Shown: positions 1 through 10,535 of the stretch, piece by piece
Layout of the letters: each line of letters opens with the position of its first letter
How positions within the stretch are numbered: the first letter of the stretch is position 1
Assembly: GCF_001194135.2 (NCBI RefSeq)
Contig: NC_068988.1
Location: forward strand, 32,009,732 to 32,057,079
DNA length: 47,348 nucleotides
Source: Octopus bimaculoides
Lineage: Eukaryota
Direction: 5' to 3'
Notes under the pieces: model-generated
The model's input: the letters and a program-made list of their open reading frames with translations, nothing else
Told to the model about the DNA's origin: nothing
Databases searched by the model: none
Made by a program: the position numbers and the translations under genes

Positions 1-2
1 CA

Positions 3-542
3 GAGTACACTGGTCCACAGGGAATTTCAATCCCAGAGCCTAAATCAGTGAGAGACCTGAGAACATTCAGAACCAGAGATAAGGAAACCATGATGATCCT
101 CTGGAGGACATTCGTCCTCGGCCGCATGGATTACTGCTCACAGCTGTGGTCACCCAGCAGTGTGAACTTAACAGCAGACCTTGAAGCAATCCAGAGGAGA
201 TTCACAAAGAAGATTGTCTCTTTGCAACTGCTCAGCTACTGGGAAAGGCTGAAACAGCTAAGACTCTACTCCATGGAGAGAAGGCGGGAGAGGTATGCAG
301 TAATATACATCTGGAAGATCCTGGAAGGAATTGTGCCAAATTTTGGCATTGAAAGCTACACCAATGCCAGAACGGGACGACACGGCATCGTGCCAAAGAT
401 CCCAGCAATGTCATCGCGCTTCAGGACCAATTACTGCAACAGCTTGGGATTCAGGGGCCCACAGCTTTTTAATATTCTCCCAAAGAGCCTGAGGAATCTG
501 CACAAAGTAGATGTAGGAGTTTTTAAATCAAAGCTAGACCTC
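3..542 (+). mobile_element. CR1/L2-group (Jockey superclade) non-LTR retrotransposon, C-terminal part of ORF2, cut off by an N gap
   Basis: Open frame reads VRDL...RTFRTRD...DYCSQLWSP...LEAIQRRFTKKI...YWERLKQLRLYSMERRRERYAVIYIWKIL...FRGPQLFNILP...FKSKLD, the typical post-RT region of CR1/L2-type ORF2. Confidence 0.85.
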
Positions 543-1484
543 NNNNNNNNNNNNNNNNNNNNNNNNNNNNNNNNNNNNNNNNNNNNNNNNNNNNNNNNNN
601 NNNNNNNNNNNNNNNNNNNNNNNNNNNNNNNNNNNNNNNNNNNNNNNNNNNNNNNNNNNNNNNNNNNNNNNNNNNNNNNNNNNNNNNNNNNNNNNNNNNN
701 NNNNNNNNNNNNNNNNNNNNNNNNNNNNNNNNNNNNNNNNNNNNNNNNNNNNNNNNNNNNNNNNNNNNNNNNNNNNNNNNNNNNNNNNNNNNNNNNNNNN
801 NNNNNNNNNNNATATTTACATATACACACATAAAATCACGTGGGTTATATTTACAACCGAGACATTACAATCGTTTCTGATTCTTCAAGTGCTTCAATTC
901 AATGTATGTAGAAATATTTACTAGATTTCTGACATTTATTAATGGTTTTCCCCATTGTGTTAATGTGCCATTTTCTACCACTAATAAAATTGTCGGCTTA
1001 TTTGCTGACATACGCATGCTAGTAATTTAATAATTTATTAGATTGAAATTCATTAAAGACACTTTATATATACTTTATATATACTAAATGTGAGTTTGAT
1101 ATGGAGAATAGCAATGTAAACAATTTGTCTTATAATTGAGACATTTGTTATGGAAGGCCACCATTTCTACTATTAATTTGCTCAATAGTTTTAATAACCA
1201 TTTATATCAATTTACACAGATAACATTGCAATTCATCGTTCGAGGACTATATTTTATTCCAAAATGCATTAATTTTCACCTGCACCATTTTCACGAACGG
1301 TGAATCTAATTTGAAAATAATCGTGTTCGTAAAGTTATGAACGTTAACTATTCCTACGTGTGAAAAAGAATGGTGAACGGTGACGTAGTAATGGCTAGCG
1401 AATCTGTGAGATTACCGCGCTGTTTATACTTAACATACATTTTATCACACCTATGCACCGGCACATAAATTTATACCAGAAATA

Positions 1485-1490
1485 TCTATC

Positions 1491-1550
<60 letters not shown>
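1485..1550. repeat. (TATC)n microsatellite
   Basis: Direct reading of the sequence. Confidence 0.95.
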
Positions 1551-1551
<1 letters not shown>

Positions 1552-1709
1552 CGATCGATCTATCGACCGATCAATCGATATATCTAACATACACACACAT
1601 ATAATAGATAATTTGGACAAATACGCATGATTAGATTAGTGTATTTAATTGTTGAGTAGAACACCATCACAGTTTAGGCTGCCTGTTGCCATCCGGAGTT
1701 GTGGTACAC

Positions 1710-2340
1710 ATCCCTTGGATATACTACAGGAACTCCGCACCTATCAGTAAAGACATTACAAAATATCGTCAAAAATGCCGAATTTAGAAAAAAATCCATA
1801 GAATAAAATACCCACACCAACGTAAACTCAGGATGCTACTCGATGATTTTGAGAAGGCCCCTGGAATAATTGTACCAGCGGACAAAACCGGTAATAGTTA
1901 TATTGTCGAGTTTGACACGTCATAAAAATGTGATATGTAATGAGGGATGTGAGAAATACAGACACGCACAAGCTGATACACTAAATACAATCAATGGAAG
2001 GGTATTAGAAATTGTCAATAACTTAAAGATACAAGATAGGACTGAGCCTTATGCACTACAGAAACCTCGAATAAAACTGAAAGACCATAAACCGAATTTT
2101 AGGATTGCTTCCGCAGATAGACTAATCTGCCCATCGAAATCGGACATTGGGAGGATTAGTAAACGACAATAGATACGATTATACATAAAAAAAAAACTTC
2201 AGCACTGTGCTCTGACACACAACACGTACTTGGGTGGTTCAAACATGTACAAACTTATATACACAGTAAATTCATTCGCCTAGACATTGAGGGATATTAC
2301 GCTAACATTAACGATATCCTCTTTAAAAAGGCTTTAGTTT
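1710..2340 (+). mobile_element. Penelope-like element (PLE) reverse transcriptase relic, N-terminal half, frameshifted
   Basis: Pieced translations: LQNIVKNAEFRK, IIVPADKTGNSY, KLKDHKPNF...RLICPSKSDIGRISK and VLGWFKHV...KFIRLDIEGYYANI...LFKKAL (RT motif A). These match the PLE RT pattern VPADKTxN...KDHKxNF...RLINPxKSxIGxISK...WFK...FDIxxFYPSI. Confidence 0.8.
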
Positions 2341-2419
2341 AAACTAGTAATATTTCTGATACAAAATTGGCATAATATTAGCTAACTAGATACAAAATTG
2401 GCATAATATTAGCTAACTC

Positions 2420-2860
2420 CGAAAGACTCTGCCAAGAAATTGGGAAAAATAAAATAGACATCAATGCATCCGCAACAGCAGAAGAAGTGGAAGAATTTCG
2501 AAAAGAAATATGGTCAGCGATGGAACAACCTCAGAAAAGGTCTATAAACAAAACAAGGAACTCAGTACCTGTACACCTCTGGACCCACTCCTATAACAAC
2601 TGAAGACGTCACCCAGGCACTGAAAAAACTAAGCAACTAGAAGGCACCCGGGCACGATAAGATCCCCAACTTCTGGTTAAAATATCTGACGGGAACACAC
2701 AAAAAGCTGACTGAGAAATTTAATGACATACCAGCAGAGCCAGAGACAATTCCTGAATGGCTCAGGAAAGGGAAAACTATCTTAATTCCCAAATCCACTG
2801 AAACCGCAAACTTACAAAATTTCAGACCAATAACTTGTCTCCCTACAATTTACAGAGTTT
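2420..2860 (+). mobile_element. R4/Dong-like (RLE-type) LINE, RT N-terminal fragment
   Basis: Translation ITTEDVTQALKKLSN*KAPGHDKIPNFWLKYLTGTHKKL...IPEWLRKGKTILIPKS...NFRPITCLPTIYRV, with a W-to-stop change in NWKAPG. Confidence 0.85.
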
Positions 2861-2882
2861 GACAGCTCGCCGCCATACCTGA

Positions 2883-4111
2883 TATCAGGCTATTAAGAAT
2901 GAAATGTCCGATTTGGAACTGAAAGTTTATTTTCCTTTATCTCAACAAAAAGCAATGCAGTTAATCGAACTATGCAGCAATTTTTCCTTTAATCAGTATC
3001 TTCTTTATGCCGGCAACGAAGAATTTTTGAGAGAAATAGGTGATGAAATCACGAAAGGCTGTTTTGCATCTTCTTCAGATTTGATTTTTTTTCCTTTCAA
3101 AAAGTTGTCTAATGCTTGGTAAACGTGATAGTCAGTTGGAGCAAGGTCTGGTGAATATGGTGGATGATATAGTACTTCGAAGTTCAGATCCTGTAACTTG
3201 AGTTCTTTGCCCAACAACTGATTGGGCATTGTCTTACAAGAGAATTGGCCTGTCTCTATTGACCAATCTTGGTTCTTTAATTGCAAGTTCACTCATCATT
3301 TCTTCCAATTGGTAGATGTATACATCCGCTATAATTGATATACCACGTTTCATGAAGCTGTAGTGGATGACACCAGCCCTGGACCACCAAACTGAAACCA
3401 TTAGATTTTTTTTTGGTGAATATTCGTTTTCTTTATCCAACCACCGTGCAGGACGCTTGCTATTGTTGAAAAGAATCCATTTGTCATCACACGTAACAGT
3501 ACGATGCAAAATTGTTTCGCTTTTATGCCGTGACAGGAAAGAACAGCAAGTTTCAAGACGACGGATCATTTGAGGTCCGTTCATTTCATGTAGAACCCAC
3601 TTGTCCATATTCTTTACCATACCGATTTGTTTCACATGGTCCAATACAGTTGGAATCGAAACATCAAATCTTGCTGCTAATTTAGGCGTAGTTTGAGAGG
3701 TATCTGCTTCCACTACAGTTTCCAGCTCATTATCAACCTTAGTGTTTCAGGTCTACCACGGGGATTTTTTTCATGAGTAAAGTCACCATACTGGAACTTC
3801 TGAAACAATCGACATACAGTGCGCTCATTCGCCACATATTCATCAGTCACCTCATTCATGCTTCGAGCTGTCTGGGATGCATTCGCTCTGTGACGGAACT
3901 CATATTCATAAACAACACACATTTTTGATCTGTCCATCACAAAAATTGATGTACAAGAGAAAAACTCACAACATAATGAGAAAACATGAAATACACTTTG
4001 ACTAGTGATGATGTAACTCTTCAATGTTCTGAAACAAAGAATTGTCAGGATAAAACACTGTCAAACGTGGTCTATAAGAATATCAGTTATTTCGTTCTTA
4101 ATGACCTGATA
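2883..4111 (-). mobile_element. Full-length decayed mariner (Tc1/mariner) DNA transposon with both TIRs
   Basis: Minus-strand pieces give the N-terminal HTH (YEFRHRANASQTAR...RGRP), TCDDKWILF, VSVWWSRAGVIHY and YHPPYSPDLAPTDYH. Imperfect ~28-bp TIRs: TATCAGGCTATTAAGAATGAAAT at 2883 versus the reverse complement of 4089-4111, TATCAGGTCATTAAGAACGAAAT. A TA lies at 4112-4113. Confidence 0.92.
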
Positions 4112-4319
4112 TAAAATTCAACATGCTTCAATGTATTATGAAACTGTCTTTAGTGATATATTTACAAAAAGAAGATACATATATATCGTTGTCAAAACGA
4201 GAAAGGAATTATGAGATCAACAGGCACATAGAGATCAACTACTGAAACAAAACAAATGTGACACCGAAAGCAACAGAACAAACGTAATACGCTTCGTACC
4301 AAAATTGATTCGGATACAT

Positions 4320-4348
4320 TGAAGAGAGAGAAAGAGAGATAGACAAAC

Positions 4349-4425
<77 letters not shown>

Positions 4426-4500
4426 TGGAGGGAGGGAGGGAGAGAGAGAACGATTGAGAGAGAAATATTAAGAGTAAAAGAGAAAGAGAGAGACAGATAG
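4320..4500. repeat. (GA)n and GA-rich microsatellite
   Basis: Direct reading of the sequence. Confidence 0.95.
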
Positions 4501-4864
4501 ATGGTGAAGACAATTAGAGATATAAGAAAGGGTATAATAATAAATAATTTAAGAGAAAACAACTGAATGAAAGCAGCACATGAGAAAAATCATATAGTGA
4601 TAAACAATATAGAAGGCAATGTATCAAAGATAAAAATAACATCTCAATTTAGATATGAAAGACTATATGTGTAACGACTTCATATACAACATCATAATAA
4701 CACACAATAGTGTAAAACGTCTGAAGAAAACAGTAGCCATAAACAAAATAACGAGCACAATTCATTGCACATAAAATCAGCTAAAATACCAAGAGAAGAG
4801 TTCTCACCTGAATCTCATAGTGGCGTGAAAACTGAGACGACAAAAAAAAATTCATATATCTATA

Positions 4865-4910
<46 letters not shown>

Positions 4911-5906
4911 NNNNNNNNNNNNNNNNNNNNNNNNNNNNNNNNNNNNNNNNNNNNNNNNNNNNNNNNNNNNNNNNNNNNNNNNNNNNNNNNNNNNNNNNNN
5001 NNNNNNNNNNNNNNNNNNNNNNNNNNNNNNNNNNNNNNNNNNNNNNNNNNNNNNNNNNNNNNNNNNNNNNNNNNNNNNNNNNNNNNNNNNNNNNNNNNNN
5101 NNNNNNNNNNNNNNNNNNNNNNNNNNNNNNNNNNNNNNNNNNNNNNNNNNNNNNNNNNNNNNNNNNNNNNNNNNNNNNNNNNNNNNNNNNNNNNNNNNNN
5201 NNNNNNNNNNNNNNNNNNNNNNNNNNNNNNNNNNNNNNNNNNNNNNNNNNNNNNNNNNNNNNNNNNNNNNNNNNNNNNNNNNNNNNNNNNNNNNNNNNNN
5301 NNNNNNNNNNNNNNNNNNNNNNNNNNNNNNNNNNNNNNNNNNNNNNNNNNNNNNNNNNNNNNNNNNNNNNNNNNNNNNNNNNNNNNNNNNNNNNNNNNNN
5401 NNNNNNNNNNNNNNNNNNNNNNNNNNNNNNNNNNNNNNNNNNNNNNNNNNNNNNNNNNNNNNNNNNNNNNNNNNNNNNNNNNNNNNNNNNNNNNNNNNNN
5501 NNNNNNNNNNNNNNNNNNNNNNNNNNNNNNNNNNNNNNNNNNNNNNNNNNNNNNNNNNNNNNNNNNNNNNNNNNNNNNNNNNNNNNNNNNNNNNNNNNNN
5601 NNNNNNNNNNNNNNNNNNNNNNNNNNNNNNNNNNNNNNNNNNNNNNNNNNNNNNNNNNNNNNNNNNNNNNNNNNNNNNNNNNNNNNNNNNNNNNNNNNNN
5701 NNNNNNNNNNNNNNNNNNNNNNNNNNNNNNNNNNNNNNNNNNNNNNNNNNNNNNNNNNNNNNNNNNNNNNNNNNNNNNNNNNNNNNNNNNNNNNNNNNNN
5801 NNNNNNNNNNNNNNNNNNNNNNNNNNNNTATCAGTGAAGAATTTCACTGGAAAAGTAGATATAAGATTGCCAGGTTTTTGTCTCTCTCACCAGGGTCAGC
5901 AGCTAT

Positions 5907-5951
5907 CGAACGCCGACGAAGGGAAACAACCCTGAAATCCGGATCCGTTCG
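5907..5951 (+). ncRNA. Type I hammerhead ribozyme motif (minimal helix III, U4C core variant)
   Basis: Hand fold: CGAACG | CCGACGA | AGGG-aaacaa-CCCT | GAAA | T-CCGG-A | TC | CGTTCG. Helices I and II pair perfectly, helix III has a palindromic CCGG loop, and the cleavage triplet is AUC. Confidence 0.75.
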
Positions 5952-6154
5952 TGCTGCGGATCGTGGTGAGAGGGATAACTTCCCTTGGCAAACAGGACAC
6001 AGTCGTGTGTCGATAAGCCAGCTGGAGGAGATGTCCTCCTGGGGCTAAAAGCAACAGTAACATCCACCCCTAGGGGTCAGCCACACTTAAGTGGCAATAT
6101 ACTACACTTTATCGTGCAGTTACTGTTAATACTTCATTTAGAGAATTAACATTG

Positions 6155-6188
<34 letters not shown>

Positions 6189-6849
6189 CATAGATAGATA
6201 GATATAGATAGATAGATATAGATATATATATACACACATATGTGTGTGTGTGTGTGTATGTGTGTATCTGTGTATCTATGTATGTATATGTATATATAGT
6301 TTAACTATAAGATTCATGAAGATCTAAGCATATAAACAAGTAGGAAGCTTGTACACTGATTCATAAAAAAAAATAATATACAATCCTCAAGTAAAATTTG
6401 AGCACACCTAAAACAGGTAATGCAAAACTAGACGATAAGGTATTCACCAAGTAACATGACTAAACATTGATATTTAAAAAAAACAACAATTGAATGTATA
6501 GAAGCATTTGGACATGTAACCATATGTAATGCTTACATGTTTTAAACCTGTTACCTAATCCACTAACGTTTATATGTATTCTCTAATGTAGTTATGCATA
6601 TCATCTAGGTCTGTAGGTAGCGTTTGAGTAACATATTACGATATATAAAAGGCCTCATATTAAAAAGCCTTGTAGTAATACGTCTCATAATTATGCATTC
6701 TTTTACTACTCTACTAAATCGTTAGCTCATAGATAGTGGAATATTTGATAGTCCAATGTATGACTTTCAAACTCAAAATCTGTTATTTATTCATTATATC
6801 TTTATTAACGTATTGCATCATGTATTTTGTTTATAATCTATATCTATAT

Positions 6850-6930
6850 TATACAGTCCGTCGTGGACTTATCGTCACAATTGGTTCCGACTGACTGGTC
6901 GTAAGTCGATTTGGTCGTAAGAATGCATAT
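6850..6930. mobile_element. Possible pogo/Tigger-type transposon terminus
   Basis: TA-CAGT start followed by GACTTATCG and repeated GGTCGTAAG motifs resembling Tigger-like termini. No matching second end was found. Confidence 0.3.
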
Positions 6931-7613
6931 AGGCCTATATAGCTTTGTTTTATATTTTTACATTACTTAGGTACAATCTAAGGTAAAAGTCACACAGCAT
7001 TCTGTATTATACTATTATACTCGCGTTAGTCAAAACTTTCGGAGTCTCAAGCAGACGTCTTATAAAGAACTACGATGTTGCCTCTCCACGACAGGATAGC
7101 CATCCAACACAGTGGCGATTGATAAGCAAACCTACGGAAGCGTTTGTTAGCTGACATCATTCGTAGCGGGGATAAACCCATTAGATTTCAACTGGACTAT
7201 TTATAGTTCCTGCCGAGAGCTGGCGCGCCAATCGTCGTAAAAAGTGCGGTCTTGTGTGTAGGAGTGGATGGGTATATGGTTCAATGCCTGATTCCTGCAG
7301 TCTTTTCAAGATCGAAAACGTCTATAAACTAATTAAGATTGAAACTTGAAAAATATGATTGTTTTGACCTCGTATTTCTTAGAATATTTGTTTACTAGTT
7401 CATTTTATATATAAAATCCATTGTTCTTTTTAAAAATATCACTTACAGTTCATGTAAATTGGTAAAGAAATCACGTACTCGATTTATCTTGTCAATTTAT
7501 ACCGTTTAACACTTTACCTGATAATGGTGTACTGATGCTATGGTGTAATCTAAGAATGCATCGATAAAGTGTTACCGAAATATGTGTAGTAAATTTTAAG
7601 CTTCATTTGTATA

Positions 7614-7618
<5 letters not shown>

Positions 7619-7692
<74 letters not shown>

Positions 7693-7702
7693 ACACACAC
7701 AC
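7619..7702. repeat. (CA)n microsatellite
   Basis: Direct reading of the sequence. Confidence 0.95.
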
Positions 7703-7836
7703 AACAATGAGGGCCTCTATACACAAATAAATAATCTTTATCTACCAATGCGGAATTAAATACTCTCTTTCTTCACTATTTACGCGCACACACACACACA
7801 CACACACACGTACTTTTATGTATATACTAATGCGTA

Positions 7837-8650
7837 CGAGGTAGTATCAAACAGCTCCCGGACTAGTTATGTTTAATAACAAATAAGTTATTTACTTAAA
7901 TTTTAAGATCATCTTCTTCGAAATACTCAGCTTGCGCAGCAATACCCCGCTCCCAGGGTTCCAGTCTCATTTAAAATCCGGCCTGGAAGTCTTTTCTCCC
8001 TAAGCGAGTCGAGGATTTTCTGCGATTCGATCTGGATCTCCGCATCGATCTTTGTTTTGGATTTTCATTTTGGTGAAGAGATGGAAATCCGTAGGTGCTA
8101 AATCTGGCGAATGGGCTGGGTGCAGAAGCGATGCCATGTTGTCTTGGGCTAGAAACTCACGAATGAGGAGAGCTCAGTGACAGGATACATTGTCGTCATA
8201 AAGAATCCAGTAATTCACGATCTACAGATCTGGTCACTTTCGCCGAATGTTTCAAAACGTTGTTGATTGTCGTCCAATGACCCTCATGCACAAGCTGACG
8301 AATTTACCCTACGTTTGCCGGTGTGACGCTCGTGGAAGAACTTTCAGATCGCTCATCGTCTTCCAAGGATGTTCTTACGTTTCTGAAGCGTCCGTGCTAC
8401 TCAGGTCATTGCTCACGATTCGTTGCGACTCCACCGTAAACTTGCCGAAGCATGCTCAATGTCTCTGTAGCAGTCTAACCAAGTTTAATGCCAAATTTCA
8501 CATCGGCTCACTCTTCCAACTTCCTGCCTATGACAGAAATCGCAGACTATAGCATACACGGTTTGACAGAAATGCAACTTTCACATCTTTTGAAGTAAAC
8601 ACTATGTCACTCGGCACACTTCCTCATGGAGGTCACTGGTAGCTATCACG
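7837..8650 (-). mobile_element. Internally deleted mariner transposon relic (second family)
   Basis: Minus strand gives ADVKFGIKLG*TATETLSMLRQVYG...TSLEDDERS (N-terminal), then EFLAQDNMASLLHPAHSPDLAPTDFHLF and WERGIAAQAEYFEEDD (C-terminal). A TA-CGAGG...TATCAAA...CCCGGACTAGT TIR-like end sits at 7835. The opposite TIR is not seen. Confidence 0.85.
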
Positions 8651-8679
8651 GCACACGCAACCGTGTACTGCCGTGTTTG

Positions 8680-8739
8680 TGTATGTGTGTGTGTGTGTGT
8701 GTGTGCGTCTGTGCATGTGTGTGTGCTTGTATGTGTATG

Positions 8740-8835
<96 letters not shown>

Positions 8836-8840
8836 TGTAT
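8680..8840. repeat. (TG)n microsatellite
   Basis: Direct reading of the sequence. Confidence 0.95.
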
Positions 8841-9013
8841 GAGCGTACGGAAAATTAACTTATATCTACACGTAAATGTTTGGTCCTTTCTTGTACACTT
8901 AGTAGAATCAATTACGACTACTGAAAAATGTCAGCGCCCATTTTCGGAAATCTTTATCTCGTGCAATACTGATACGTGCTAGAATTAACCGTAATGTTTG
9001 TCTACGGTTTTTG

Positions 9014-9070
<57 letters not shown>

Positions 9071-9289
9071 GTCTGTCTGTATGTACGTACGTATGTAGGT
9101 CTGTCTGTCTGTCTGTCTGTCTATCTCTCTATCTGTCTTCCATCTATCTAGCTTTCTATGTATGTATGTATGTATCCATCTATCTATCTGCCTGTCTGTG
9201 TGCTTGTCTATCAATATTTTATATGTGCGTGCATGTATGTGGGAACAGAGAGAAAGTGAGATACGTATAACCTATAAATGCATACCTGC

Positions 9290-9690
9290 AAACAATCACT
9301 CACAGGTACAGATGGTAATTCTGAATTAGAGAGCTTATATAGGATCCACAATATTTTATACACCCAGTTCGACGTTGAACACCCTGCTACAAATAGCTCG
9401 CTAATCCTCTTGGATTTCAACATACCTCGGAGGATGCAGCACTCGGCTACATCGTGAAGGAGACGAAGACAAATACCTTCCTCCACTCGGAATCGGCATA
9501 TACAGAAGCGTTGAATTACAAGGTGTCCTTTAACAAGTTCGAGCACAGTATTAGGAAATGTGACGTGGCCGAAATAGAGAACCTTGTACGCATGCATTTC
9601 AATAAGATGTATCTGAGAGGATAACAAGTCACGGTTCATAGAGAAAGTGCGTGACACGCTAAGTACACACCTATAGAAGACAGCCACGAG
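9290..9690 (-). mobile_element. Probable L1/Tx1-type LINE ORF1 (gag-like) fragment
   Basis: Open frame ...RDLLSSQIHL...YFGHVTFPN...RFCICRF...LRLLHDVAECC...RISELFVAG followed by a degenerate knuckle-like segment (NWVYKILWILYKLS). Assignment is by resemblance only. Confidence 0.5.
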
Positions 9691-10483
9691 AGGAACATTA
9701 ATAGCTAGAAAAAGAACAAAGCAACAACAATAGCCATATTGACCAGAGCAACAACAACGGCAGCCATAGCGATAAGAACAACATCAACAACATCAATATC
9801 AGTAGAAAGGAGAAATGGAAAAGTAAATAATTGTCTACATTAGACTACTTTACTACAGAGATACGGTAGAGAACATGCTAAAAGAACCACAAGAGATCTT
9901 GTTCCGTTTCAGAATCGTGAGACGTGATAACGCGCTCAAACACTACCTCTCACACGCCAAAACACACTGGAGGCATGCTGCCCAAACAACTCTATAATCA
10001 TAACAACGCAAACAACGGACAGCGTCCAGCTGTTTTCAGTCTTACATGGTGTACCAACTGACGTGCTCTTTTGGAGAGACAAATAATTTCAAAAGAAGAT
10101 ATCTACACCTTAGCGTAAATGAACATCTTCCCAAGGCCATCCCAACAACGCCTTGTTCAACATGACCAGCAATGTGGTGGGTACTTCTCCACACGGATAC
10201 TGGCGGGTGGGGATGGATGTAGTCAACTTCAGATTCACAGAGGCACACTTTGTTAGGCAGTAGACACAAATTCTTGTTAAAGGCGTAATAAGTTGGCTGG
10301 GTGAAAGTACATCTGCTGCATCTAGAATCGTCAACCGGCACAAGCAATAGCCATTTTCAACTAAAAATAAAAGCAGAGAATGTGTGATGCATCATTGATA
10401 CGAAAGCGCTAAAGAAATAAAATTTAAGGTCCAACAACTCACTCTACAGGCCACACGCAACATGTAGGTTTAAATACCATTCA

Positions 10484-10535
<52 letters not shown>

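Noticed and set aside
4765-6048. Long ORFs containing X runs (also 431-831, 15481-15907, 24803-25468, 26222-26524, 30779-31139)
   Set aside because: They are open only because N gaps contain no stop codons.
6015-6060. Possible HDV-like ribozyme (hairpin followed by GGCTAA)
   Set aside because: No P1/P2/P3 pseudoknot partners could be found upstream by hand.
9900-10345. Possible LINE C-terminal zinc region (CSRC...) on the minus strand
   Set aside because: Motifs are too degenerate and the order relative to the 9290-9690 ORF1-like piece is inconsistent.
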